Part shown: piece by piece, positions 47,071 through 59,537 of the stretch
Numbering within the stretch: position 1 is the stretch's first letter
Layout: every line of letters begins with the position of its first letter
Source: Marsupella aquatica
Taxonomy: Eukaryota > Plantae > Marchantiophyta
Reading direction: 5' to 3'
Assembly (NCBI GenBank): GCA_973895155.1
Contig: OZ316894.1
Coordinates: 13,246,828 to 13,310,827, forward strand
DNA: 64,000 nt
The notes under the pieces: generated by a model
Seen by the model: the letters and a program-made list of their open reading frames with translations, nothing else
What the model was told of the DNA's origin: nothing
Databases searched by the model: none
Program-made: the position numbers and the translations under genes

Positions 47071-49788
47071 TGTGACGCTGCCAGCACGGCGGTTAATGAG
47101 TGATCCGGTCTAATCCGTGCTTAGCATGCGCACTAAGGACATAGTAGTCTGTAATAATTAGCATAAGTACACTAAAATAGGTATTAACCACGACTAGGAT
47201 ATCATTAGTCAATAAGGAGCATTTACGCTCGGGCTGGTGGCGGAGCACCATTCGTACCCCGGGATACGAGCATGTAGGGATGCACCCTCGGGTCCGTATA
47301 ACAAATCAAGGCGGGGGCGGCTCGCTGACACGCTCTGACCCGGACCTACGGAGTGGCCAGTACATTGCAAGCGTGAAAGGATCGGCCTATCAGAAGGAGG
47401 AAGGGACCATTTGGCCGATAAGCCCTCAGGGTATAAAAGGCGGGCCATTCTCTCGCGAAGCACCACAACTTCACTCTTTGCGCCAGCTTTGATCCTAGCT
47501 TACTCGTTTTCTCCCCAGTCACCCACCGCCGTTCCTTGTATGTCTATCACAATTATGTCCAGTTCTGCCCTTCGGTTTTGGCTTCAATTTCTATCCATCG
47601 GAAATCATTTAGCAAAGTCACCGGCCAAGGTCAACCCGTGCCGGTACGAAACCGAAAGGCAGTATGAACGACTTATCCGCTTAGCCGGGTGCTCTCACTA
47701 TAACATAGATTTCAACCTCCCATTCTAGAGCAAGCTCTATCATGCCGACGAGATTCCAAGTACGTCATTGACGGCCCAAAGTACGTCGGTTTCCAGGAAG
47801 CACTCCTTTGGCTTCCGGATAAGGTCTTCACCCTCCCGGGCAAGATCAACTTACAACGACACCACTTCAATCATATCCCCGCCAAAGTCCAGGCTTCCAT
47901 CAACTATCAGTTTGGTACCGCAGCTCTGGGCGAGACATCTATCCTAACCTCACTCGGCTTCCCCTAGGACTTGCTGAATCATATGGCGCCTCTTCCAGCT
48001 ACAACCGGCGCCAACTCACCGGTGCTCGCGCCAACACCACCTCGGCCTCAACCAAGCCAATCTCCATCACCGGTCACACCACCCCTACAGATGCAATCTG
48101 TGGTAAACGCGGTGAACATCAGTTCTGAAGACAAGGAGGCTCACCCTCCCCTGAACTGGCGACCGCAAGGTGCAAATCAGCATGCGTCGAGCAACCCAAC
48201 GCCACTCACACAAGCCTGGGTGGATAACACAGTGACAGTAGTAGCCCCACCACCAGTGTTAATGGCGGTAGCACTATCGCCGCCCAACAGAGAGGATGGG
48301 GAGATGTCCCCCTCTTCAAGTCACCCCAGGAACCAGTCCCGAGGTAGGAAGAGAAAGGAACCCGCAGCTGTATCCGGGCTACCTTTGGCCACAGTTGTGG
48401 TGGCCAAGCTGACCATGCATCGCATGGGGGAGAATGTCCACAAGAACATCCTCCACCCCAAGCATGCATGCTATCTGAAGACTCAAGGGTTTGAACACCT
48501 TGCCTCTCTCCCTTGGAATGGAAGCAGGTACTACGGGCAAGACATGACGGAGTTCATCCAAAACTTTGACGAGGCCCGCCAACAAACCCGAGCGCACGGG
48601 AGAGTGATGTCTCTCAATGAGGCACGTCTTAAGATGATCTTCGGCCTACCCAAAGGAATAAATTGGGTAGAATCATGGGCTCTCGGGGGCAAGGGATCCA
48701 AGTATCAGTCCTCTAGCTTCCCGGCCAAGGGAGCAGTGGACAACGGATTCTTGATGAGGACATGCCTCATCCCGGAGGTAGCAAAATGATTGAAGTCCTA
48801 GCGGTACGCCCTCCACATGATGGAACCGAGGGGCAAAATATCCACCGCCCAGGTCATCCAAGTTGAGAACTACCGGCCTAGGAAGTGGGCGTCCTTCTTT
48901 GTCAAGAAGTTCCACGAGGAGATGGAGCGGAGAAGGAAGACTTTGTACCTCGGCGGGAAGGCGTACTTTGCTAGCCACATCAAAATCATCATTGAGTGGT
49001 ACGCTCGTTTTGACCACCAAAGCCTCCCTCATATCAACGAGCCCGAGCTGACCCCATTGCGGTGGATATTCCCGGCCCAGGAGAGGCGACCTACTACCTG
49101 GTTTTGCGGCCGTAAGACCTACTACCCCGGCCCCGCAATCAGCCGTTGCCGCCCCTCCAAATGTACCAGACAATGCAGTCATCGTGACCCTGGACGCGAT
49201 CAACCCGGTCAACGCGATTGAAGCCGGGCTGGCAGAGGCCAGACCCGAGCTCGAGAGTGCAATCGCTGAGGATGTCCCGCCAACCTCCACGACTAATCAG
49301 GAGAACCACCTAGCCCCAGCAAACCCAGCCCCCTCTCCCACCATACTTCAAGGGCTGGACGTCACCACTCCAACTCCCGTGCGAGCTGAGGTCTGTCCTT
49401 GCCCAAACCCAAAGGGGCATAGTCTGGAAAGCCCGGAACTCTTTGCACCGGGCACGTTTTTGAATGGGTTGCTGGGGGACTTCTCTCAACAAATTGCACA
49501 GGATACCTGGGAGTACATGGCCTACTTCTTCAACCAGGAGTTGGTTGCAGCCGTGCAGGCAGGATATGCGCAAGCCGAGGCTACGCAGAGAATAGAGCGG
49601 TATCGGATTGAATCTGCCCATCTGAAAGACAAAGTTGCAGTCCGGGAGACCAAACTCCAACTGCTGCGGCCTCAGGTTGCGGCCACTGAAGATCAGGTGG
49701 CCGAAGCTAGGGCCCGGGCATCCTTGGCAGAGCAGGCCAGAGTCGGGAGGGACGCCGAGATAGCATGGCTCCAAACCCAGATTGACGG
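47071..49788 (+). mobile_element. B-subfamily LTR with the LTR ORF (ATG 47540), truncated by a CACTA insertion
   Basis: Starts exactly at TGTGACGC in unrelated flank with no PPT or pol upstream. TATAAAA at 47432. ORF fragments 47540-47728, 47971-48789, 48817-49221 and 49184-49788 are homologous to 15029-17665. Confidence 0.9.
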
Positions 49789-52700
49789 CACTAGTAGAAA
49801 CCGGGCAATTTAGACCATACCTTGTAGGACTATGGCCACTAAGTCCTTTTTCCATACTTAAAATGACTTGCACCCATTGCACCGGTTTTGTTGAAGACTA
49901 GAAAAGACTATGAGTGTTTTATGGTTTACTAAAAGACTATGAGAAGTAACCTTGCTACTTTGTGAAGGGTGAATAGTCTAGCACATCATGGGTTTTATTG
50001 TTGGCTTTTGATAATGGTCATGGGGGGGTACACAACTCATGTTATGGTTGGTTGCAACCAACATCCCGCTATAATGGTACTCATTTTGGACAATGTTCAG
50101 TTATGTTGAGGAGGGGTTTTTCTATAAAGAGGGTGATAGCAAGGGGCATAACTCATTAAATGGCCTTATTTGTGACCAAAAAGGTTTTGGGTTTAATGAA
50201 GTGGGGTTCATGGAGGGTGGATCATGGAGGGATGGTCAAGATATTCTTGGCCATTACTAAATCCATCTGTAAAAGGCCGAGATGCACAAAGGTTGATTTG
50301 TACCGGTCCTTTTTCATACATTAGAGCTAGGTCACATTCTTGCACCGGGAATATTCCATTTTAGGACCGAATATAATGTTGGGCAACCTTAATCCTGATT
50401 ACGGCACAATAAAATGTCACTACTGACCATGTATGTGCAAATATGACCATTCATTGCCTAATTTGGCCATGCAGTAACACTTTGTAGCTTTGTCCCACTT
50501 TGGGTGACACTCAACGGCTCACTCAAACGGTAAGGGTGAGTGGCTTTCCCTGGTTTCAGGCACTTAACTTCACTTTGGGAGTCTCTTTGGAGTGTTCGCC
50601 ATTGTCATTGAACTTAGAACATGAGGGGTGGAGTGTTTGGGGTTTTACGTAGGGTTTCCTTTTAGTGTTGCCCACTTTTTGCGACCATTGCGGAGTGAAC
50701 TTCCCGCGCGTTATGTGCTTGTTTTTTCTCTCGAGGAGCAGTGTTCAGGCAATTGCGGTGATCTAACCTTGCGCTTGCAGTCTACTCGTAGACCTGCATT
50801 CCTGCTCAATCTCCTTTAGGGACATTTAGGTTTTGGCTGGTAGGGCAAAGAAGGTTGTGGCTGCTACAACCTTCGTGAGGAGCTCGTCGGAGTTTGAGGA
50901 GTCGGAGGTTGGGGTTTCTTCAAGGTTTTGGGTCACAATCTCGGTCACAGTTGTGGTATAGACCCTTTTGCTGCACCCATAACGAGCATCGGGAGGCCGT
51001 GAGGCTCATTGGGAGGTCCTTCAGTTGTCAAGCTGCTGTTGAGCTGGTGAAGCTGCATGTGGGTTGCACCTATCCTGCAGGCACAGTGTGGGAATCCATG
51101 TTTTTATAGTGCTTGCTCTTGCAAACTGGGAGCCGAGAGTTTGGAGTCGGGAGCTGAGAAGGGTATTGTTAGGCTTCAATTACTTTGTGGTTTTCTCCAG
51201 CTCCATGGTACAGTTCAATGTTAATGCTTTGTCCTTGTGCTGGTCTAGGTAGCGCAAGCTTTACCTATTGCACCCTCTTGCTATAAGCGTATCGAGCTGC
51301 CTACTGAGTGATTCATACAGCTGCTTACGCGCGATCAAGAGATTGGACGAATGCCTAGCGCTGTCCAGTAGGAGAAAACTCTTTTTGGTCACGATCAGGC
51401 GTTGGAATATAACTAAGTGCGGCAGAGCAACACAGGGAGTTGTAGAGTTGCACACAAGACGCAACTACAGAGGAGGCATTGGGAAGGACGTAACTTATGG
51501 TGCGGTGAAGGAATAGGGACGTGGACCCTAACTTGTTTGCTGCCTTGGGAGGATCTGGAGAGCCCAAGGCGACATGCTTCATTGAGCCTGAGCTTGCGAG
51601 CGGCGCTCTAAAATGGTCCTTGCATTGCAAAGATAGTCTCTGGCCACAGTGGAGTTGTGATTGTTGCTCATCGATTGGAAGTTCTTGGTGTCTGAGCTCC
51701 ATCTTCAAGTTGTACGCTCAACTTTCAGGTGACCTTGTTTAGCGCTTATTCATACACTCCATTGTTTGAGCTAGACTTTCAACTACCATTTCTCCTTCAT
51801 AGCTACGATGACCATTGCATTGCCTTACTCTGTTCACTGCAGTAGCACAACATTGCATGTCCATCAGGGGTTTTCCTTTAAGGAATCACGGAATGACTGG
51901 ATCTAAAAGGCTTTTAGTCTCAACTCAGAACAAGGTTAAGCCATCTTTGCAACAACGTCGATGGCCCTTAAATGCAGAATGCTCCGTTGTAATATTGCCT
52001 CCACCTTTTCTAGTGTCATCTAGGCAATTAGATTGCTTTTGAGAAAACTGCCCTGGCTTCTTAAAAGTGAGCAATACTATTAAACCCCAATAGGGGGGAG
52101 CTGGGCGGAGCTACGGGTGCTGAGGGAGCTGGGTGTGAGGGTTGGTTACAATGGCCGTGGACCTGCCATGGGCTATGGTAGAAACAAATGTGCAGAAGCG
52201 AGCTCCTACTGTGCACTTGAACCGGCATTTTGCAACAGCTCATTCACTGAAGCTTTTAGTGGGGAAGTTCTGCAATACCAAAGTTGAGAGCGGAGGTCAT
52301 TGTGGACTAACGTTCAGGCCTGGGTCAAGCAAGGAGGTTGGAGTTGAAGCCGCCTATGCTTGGCCTTTTCTATTTTCTCTGCGTGCCGCTGCCTGTATTG
52401 CTGCTTATCATTTCCGAAGCCATTTGCTGCATGATTTTAGGTATTCACGTGAGTGAGACCTTGAGGTCGGAGCTATAGCCAGTTGGAGGTGGTCACAATT
52501 TCCTACTAATAATCACATCCTGGGTTAGTTTTTTGCATCTCAAAGCTGTCTATCTTTTGCCCTTCTGGCCATGCTGCCTCTTCTGCTAGTGCATGAGTCA
52601 TCTTGAGGAACTGTGTATCATTTCTTCTCAGGAGGCACAAAATGAGCTCTGTACCATGGTTTTCCAAATTTCTAGCTTGTTGGGTCCATCTAGTTGCACC

Positions 52701-53446
52701 ATACATGTAGTTGTGCCATACAACTTTTGCATAATGTGGGAATCCATATTTTCACAGTGCTTGTTCTTGCAAACAGGGAGCCGAGAGTTTGGAACCGGGA
52801 GCTGAGAGTAAGACTTGTGACTGATTTTGGGCTTTGTGATGCATGTTTTCTACTTGCAAATGAAGATTGGGGGCCACTACATTGCAGTGTGGCGACCTTG
52901 GAGCTACTCGCGCAGCTCGGTATTTGGTGTTGCATTGCAACACCCACCAATGAGGTTGAGACTGCCACTATTTGCGTTTGTGGCTGATTTGCTTGGTTAA
53001 CAACTGGCTCTTCACATTTGCAGTCAACAATCTCTGTTGCGCTCTCTCCGATTTTGCTTCTGCTTCATTTTGCCCATTGAGGTATTGTTTGGATTGTTGG
53101 TGAGTTTGAGGCCCCCTCTATAGTTTGTAGACCTGTTGTTAGAATGTTTTCATTCCTTGCTGATCAGAGAATCAGGTTTCTTGCTATGGAGGTTGCCAAA
53201 GGGTATTGTTATGCTTCAATTACTCTGTGTTTTTTCCAACTCCATGGTATAGCTTCAATGTTAATGCTTTGTCCTGTGTGCGATGGCGTCTTCAATAGTC
53301 TATTTCCTTCTTTGTAGAATCTTGCTTTGTTGACAGTTACTTGTCCGTTTCAGCTTTCAAACACTCTCCATCAATCTTCTTGTCTTTCCCATCTTCTTCC
53401 TGTTGTCAAAGCTTTTGCAGACAAAATAAGAGATTTTTCTTGGCAT

Positions 53447-54019
53447 CTATGAGTGTGAATTTAGGGGAATTTGTGTGGCTCTACAAAGATTTGCAGATAG
53501 TACTGCCCTCCTTGCACCTACATTGAATGTAGCGGTCTTCTCCAAAATGTACCTAACTATATCTGATAACACAATTGTAATGCACCTTCTCTTTTGGTTG
53601 GGAGCTTCACCGTCATCTGGAACAGAGCGCTTGCTCCTTTGGTACTCAACTCTCTTCCTGTCTGCATCCTTCCTCCTCTTGTCAAGAATGGAATATTCCT
53701 GCAATTGGTCATCATAGCCACAATTACCGTGCTCACTTTCATTTAGTGGATGAAGGTGGGATGCATGCACTTGAGTGCTCTGCCTTGGCATTTGAATGCG
53801 GGCGTTGACCTGTGTTGGAATGCTTGTCCTTAGTGTCCTCCGCCTAGACTCTAAAATCTCAAAATGGCATGAATGTGCAGCATCCTTGAGATTTTCACTT
53901 TCTTTCCGGGCTGTACGCAACATCACAGCGGCAACTTCATGAGCCTCACTAGTAATTCTCATTGCCTCTGATTGCCCAACAGCCAATAACTCTCTTTGCC
54001 TTCGGTTGCCATCAATCAC
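53447..54019 (-). CDS. unidentified 190-aa ORF (charged, helical), probably a TE gene remnant
   Basis: Open frame with protein-like composition inside the CACTA-type region; no motif recognised. Confidence 0.35.
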   Translation of the reverse strand: MIDGNRRQRELLAVGQSEAMRITSEAHEVAAVMLRTARKESENLKDAAHSCHFEILESRRRTLRTSIPTQVNARIQMPRQSTQVHASHLHPLNESEHGNCGYDDQLQEYSILDKRRKDADRKRVEYQRSKRSVPDDGEAPNQKRRCITIVLSDIVRYILEKTATFNVGARRAVLSANLCRATQIPLNSHS

Positions 54020-54693
54020 TAAATCTTGACATTATTGCTTATCTCACTGATGAAATGATTCATGAAACACTTCCTTCACCAATCAAAGGCCGCCCACCCT
54101 CATAGAATCAAATTCACCTACGCACCAGGGATCCAATTTCAATTCATAACTTAGAACATACCTCACAAAATCATCACATTTAATCTATAGACTTGCTACC
54201 CTTCCTGATCGAGTCCAATGCAACTTCTCCTCGTGAAAAAGAAAAGCCCTGAGAAAAGCCTTTTAAACTGGGAACTCCCTAAATTGTGTCAATCATCAAG
54301 TATGTACTCTGTCTAGTATCCTTGCTTCTCCTCTTCAAAAACATAAGCAAATCAATTGAATTTAAAGTACCTCAATTTTGTTGATTATGGTTGCCAATAC
54401 TGATTTGATCTGCTTGACCTTCCTCTCCATGCTCTTTCTTGAAGTTCCTATTTGGATTCAAATGTTATCAGCAAAGCTTCAGACCCTAATAAATTTGTAG
54501 CTTCATTGACCCTCCTTTTTGCACTCATTCCCCATGCTTTGAAGGCAACACGTGTTAGAGCATGGATCTCACATCATAGCACGGAACTTGCTCTTTCAAT
54601 CAATGTCACGCGATTGACATGGGTCTTAACACCAAAAACGTCACTATGGGTGCCAAAACCATCTCCTTGTACCTGAGGATCACGAAGGGATGT

Positions 54694-56987
54694 TGTGAAG
54701 GCCGGTAAACACCAATTTATGCCCTTAACACCAGACTATCATAGCAAGACTCTATCACACATCACCCAAGCTCAATCCCAAGGAACCAAGGTTGGGGATC
54801 AGATCTGCGCTCATGATAGTTCTGGTGAGAAGGGGTCTTCATATCGGGCCCGTACACACAGGGCCTAGCGCTACGGTGCGCATAGGTCTATACGTATGCT
54901 TACTGTCATAGGTATGTTTCTATTCTGCCGCCGGAATGTACCCATAAACCAGTGACTCTTGACTGATTCCCGGCTTAGGGACTTCTAAGCCATTGCCCCA
55001 CCACTCTGCCATTCCACTCTCAGCAATCAGAGCTATGACAGTCCTCACCCAGCCCGCTTCAATGCACCCTGTACACCTCTCAGTGGCGCTGCTAGTCCCA
55101 TGATACACTCAGATTGCCTCTCACACACACACATCCATGACAGAAATGAGGCCTGAGAGGAAAACTCAATTAGATTCAAAGATGTGCACAATGGTTCATT
55201 GAGAACACTTGATCGAAAAATAGGCCCGAAGGCTGTCTCCTCCAGATTGCGATGTGCTTGCCCTGCAAGCCTCGTGCTTGCCATGCAAGCTCAATCCTGA
55301 ACCTGAGCCCGACTCACTCCAGATTGCGACGGTAGATTGGACTCAAACCAATCCCGTACTTGCCTTGCAAACTCAATCCTGAACTCAACCTCCTTCACTG
55401 CACTTCATTCTTGGGGGCACATACAGATCTCACACCTCGATTTCTGAATGTCAAGTTATGCATGCATAGTTGACTCGACTTCAAAGCTAGTACCAGGCCT
55501 AACGGCGATCTACCCTAGACTGCAATGAGGCCCGGCCTCATGCTTGCCTTGCAAGCTCAGCTCTGGCCATAAATCCCTTAGTGCTCTCTACCAGACAAAG
55601 GCCGGGACTCCCCATGGATCACGTAGCCTTGCCAGACCGAACTGTAAATGCTCCTTCTGCTGCCCCTCAATCAGTATCTCAGCCTCCCTAATGTGCTCAC
55701 CACAAATCAAATTGACATCCTCCCCACAGTTTACAATCACCAATACATCACCTATCACCAAGGCTCTGTATCGGGGGAAAAGAACCCAGTTGTGCTGCCC
55801 ACTAGAAAGAGCCACAATCCAGCTCGCAAACCTAGCCAACTGTTGATGTGAAGCGTGGCTGATTACTCCCTAAGTAATAGCACAACCAAGCTCTCCCCAA
55901 CACACAGCTTCCAAGCCCAGCCTTCCTTGCACAGAGCTCCTCCCTGCTGCTCGGTCTATGTGAGATCACACAACTGAAGTCCCCCCTGCCTCTACCGGGG
56001 GGCTGCTCTATATACTCTCATACTGAGCCCAAATGGGTGGATACTACGCTGCTAGAGCCCCATCCCAGCCCTAATAGAGCCGCCACTATCTCTAACTACT
56101 GAACCCTAACTCGCAACTTTATTTCTATCTTGAATTGGCTATGTACTTCAGATTTGGCCCTCCTCCATGGTTTTTGCGAGCTTGCGCCTCCTCTCCCGAT
56201 TTCTCTATTGAACCATTTTCTGCGAGGATAGCAGCGTTGGAAGCGGCTTGAGCTCCTCTTTCCAATGAGGTCAATTATAGCCGATTTGGTCAAATACTCA
56301 GAGAGTTATGCCCCCGCAACCGAGAGAGGGTACTCATTGTTGCGCTAACCCGAGTTACATAGCTAACCCGAGTAGAGCTAACCCGTGGTCTCGGGTTAGG
56401 CCGCTACCCGCTATCCGCTAACCTAGGCTAAGCTGAGCCCGAACCCAAACTTACTTATGCTAACCCAAGCCCGAGTTTAGGCTAACCCGAGTTCAGTCTA
56501 ACCCGGGATAAATCTAATCCGAACCCGGGTTAAGCCTAAGCTGGAGCTGTGCTTACTTGAGCTAAGCTGAAGCCGTGCTTACCTGAGATAAGCTGAAGCC
56601 GTGCTTACCTAAGCTAAGCCGTGGCCGAGCTTGGGTTAACCCGAAACTGAAGCCGAACCCGCTAATTCCGGCCACAAGTTAACCCGTCACACTAATCAGG
56701 CTGTATCTTCCTTAATACACCTTTGTTTCCCGAGTGTTTTATATCGATTTTACTCGCCTTGACCAGATCTTTCCAATGCTCTTTACATATCCGGATTTGG
56801 TGACATATTGAAAGAGATATGGTCGTCGACCACCCGTGACATAGCTTTTATTTCCCTACTCTTAATGCCATGATTGCCCTTATTCTTGCCATCTTGCTAA
56901 TTGTTATGCAATATCAATAGCTACTCCTTGCATACAGCAGCCTAGTTAATCAGATTAAAGAATGAGGACCATGTCATCGGCGTCACA
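54694..56987 (-). mobile_element. ORF-less LTR (2294 bp) distantly related to the A/B LTR
   Basis: Minus strand starts TGTGACGCCG and ends CCTTCACA. Shares R/U5 blocks with A/B (CCCCGGTAGAGGCAGGGGG; GGCTTAGAAGTCCCTAAGCCGGG; CGCAC..TAGCGCTAG). No matching TSD. Confidence 0.75.
56340..56690. repeat. degenerate short tandem repeats in U3 (GCTAACCCGAGT / AAGCTGAAGCCGTGCTTAC)
   Basis: Visible repeated 10-25 bp motifs. Confidence 0.7.
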
Positions 56988-57979
56988 ATCAATTGAACCC
57001 AATCATAAAACTTTCCAGAGTTGCTACCCATTTTGCGTTCCACAAGGCTAGGTATTTTAAAAGCCACTGTTGGTCATTCCTGATCACATACTCTGTCTAG
57101 CGTCCTTGCTTCTTGAGTGCAAAGAAAATTCTCCTCTTCAAAAACAAGAGCATTGAGGCATATGTTTACCTCAATTTTGCCAATGATGGCTTCTAGTAGT
57201 GATTTGAGTCAACGTTCAACCCTTCGATCCTCTTCAGACCTCCTCTGCACTCTTTCCCAAAGTTCCCGTCATGATCAGCAAGCTTCAAACCCTAATAAAA
57301 CCTGCAGCTTGATCGCCTCCTTTTTGCACTCATTCCCTTTGCTCATGCTCGGATTTGAATGTCATCCGCAAAGCTTCAGACGCAAATTAAATCTGCAGCT
57401 TGATTGGCTGTTTGGCGGAGCTTCAAGTAAACCCTCCCCTCCTTTTTGAGCTCATTCCCCATGCTTTGAAGGAAACACAAATTAAAACATCTTCAATCTC
57501 ACATCATCGCACGACTGGCACTCTTGAATCAATTCTCACAAAGCCATCCATCTTGCACTTCACAAGGCTAAGTATGGACCCTTGCGCTCGGCTTCGATAC
57601 TTTTTGAACAAATTGTAACTCGCGCCTAAGTGAAGAAGGATTGTCACTCCTAGTTTTGAAAAGTCCCAGCGGAACTAATAGCGTCGACAACATTCTCCCC
57701 TAGAACTAGTTGTCCAACTATAAATTACACGTCAAGACAGAAAAGGAATTTCCCCAAAGGACTTTGACTCCTTGTTTTTGAAAAGTCCTCCACGTAGAAC
57801 TAATAGCGCCACCACTCTCCTAGAGAACCGGTTGTCCTTTGCTCATAAATTACAGTTGGGACAAGAAAGGGGTTAACTCGGGAGCTGAAATACTAATGAA
57901 TGCGTCTGATACGCATTTGATTTGTTTAAGTCCTTTTTTACTTTAGATGTGCTAATCTTGGCCGTTGGCAGTCCTTGGA

Positions 57980-59537
57980 TTAATGAAAAGACTGGAGACT
58001 TTTTTGCCTCCTTTGGTAGTCCTCAATCTTGCAATGCACTAGCACCTTAATCAAAGATACATCATCTTTTACGACAAAGAGCGCACCATCACGTGCAGTG
58101 AAATGAGATCCACCAGCTTCCAAAGCACCAAGAGAAATCAAATTCTTAGAGATGTCTGGTATATGCCTGACTTTTGTCAAGGCTTGCACAACACCATCAA
58201 ACATCCAGAATTTGATAGTCCCCATGCCAACAATCTCACATCGGACCCCATTGCCGATTTCCATGCTACCAGTACACGGTTGGTAAGTAGAGAAATAAGA
58301 TTGCGTTGGACACACATGATAAGAGGAACCCAAATCCAACATCCATTTATTGTCATACACAAAATTAACAACATCAATACATAGCACTTCAGCACCATCC
58401 TCATTATCAGCAATCACTATGCCAGTTGAAGATGAAGATGCACCATCAGAATTAGGACGCTCCTGCCTGGTCAAAGAAGGGCAAGACCACTTGGTGTGGC
58501 CCTTCTCATGGCAATGCCAACATTGAACCTTCTTATTATGGGATTTAGATTTAGATCTGTTCTGAGATCTAGTTCTAGATTAATTTGCAGTACACTCAAT
58601 TGATCTACCTCTAACCATTAAGGCAGTAGACTCGAGGTGTTTACAAAAGACAGCAAACAGGAAACAGGATTTAATAACAGAAACTGGTAACAGGAAAAAA
58701 AACTGGTAACAGGAAAATGGGTGGAAATTTTTTTTAAATTTTTTTTAATTTTTTTTTTTAATTTTAATTTTTTAATTTTTTTCGGTCGACCAGTTTTTTT
58801 GCTAGCGCGCGGCGTTGCTAATAGTAGCGCCCAAAGCTAGCCAAAAATGTTGCATTGTTAATTTTTTTTGGAAATAACATGTTTTAGGAAACATTTTTAA
58901 ATTGTCATTTTTCCTGGTAACAGTGATTTTTTCCTGGTAACAGCATATTAAAAACAGGAAAAAAATTCCTGTTTACCTGTTTCCTGTCTCCGTTGCTATA
59001 CCTGCAGACTCATTATCACGGGCAGATAAATGATGCTTTCTCCATTTTGCAAGAATAGTAGCCTTCACCGCATCGCAATATAGTCTTGTCATGCGTGATG
59101 ACAGTTACCAACGTCAAAAAGCTCTTTGGAAGCGACATCAACAAATGCATTGCAAGGTAATCATCGACCAACTTATCTCCTACCGTGGTTACCTTGTGCA
59201 CAATCTCATCAAAAAGACTAAGATGATCACGCATGTTTCCACCATCTTGCAACTTCAACCTGAATAGCCACTCCAACTGGTAAATGCGAGTAGTCAATGA
59301 AGTACTTTGGTATAGCTAAGTAAGCGTATCCCAAATCTTCTTGGCATTACTATCCATCCCCAACATGTTCTTGAGAATGTTGTTTGCCAAGAACAACTCA
59401 ATTGTACTACACGCCTGCACCAACATGTCTTCCCACTCCTCATCTGTCAGAGTCAAGGGCTTCACTCCAGTGATGGTCTTCTCAAGACCCTGCTGGATCA
59501 ACACGTTGGTAACATTCCAAGTCCAAAGGCTAAAGTT
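57980..59537 (-). pseudogene. Ty1/copia gag-protease remnant
   Basis: NFSLW..VLIQQGL, AKKIWDTL, LLMSLPKSF, knuckle CWHCHEKGHTKWSC, protease WMLDLGSSYHVC, VRHIPDISKNLISLGAL. Confidence 0.9.
58635..59003 (+). mobile_element. Mutator-like MITE inserted in the copia gag
   Basis: Imperfect TIRs AGGT..GACAG.AAACAGG and a 9-bp flanking duplication GTAGACTCG/GCAGACTCA (two transitions). The copia reading frame resumes on both sides. Confidence 0.7.

Larger units (their letters stand above)
49789..57620. mobile_element. CACTA-type element with internally duplicated modules; right end undefined
   Basis: CACTAGTAGAAA begins exactly where the LTR ORF homology stops. Internal repeats at 51088/52736, 51161/53201 and 54305/57089. 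Confidence 0.55.

Noticed and set aside
56340-56690. Interstitial telomeric repeats (TAACCC)
   Set aside because: The hexamers are dispersed within longer degenerate units, not tandem telomere arrays.
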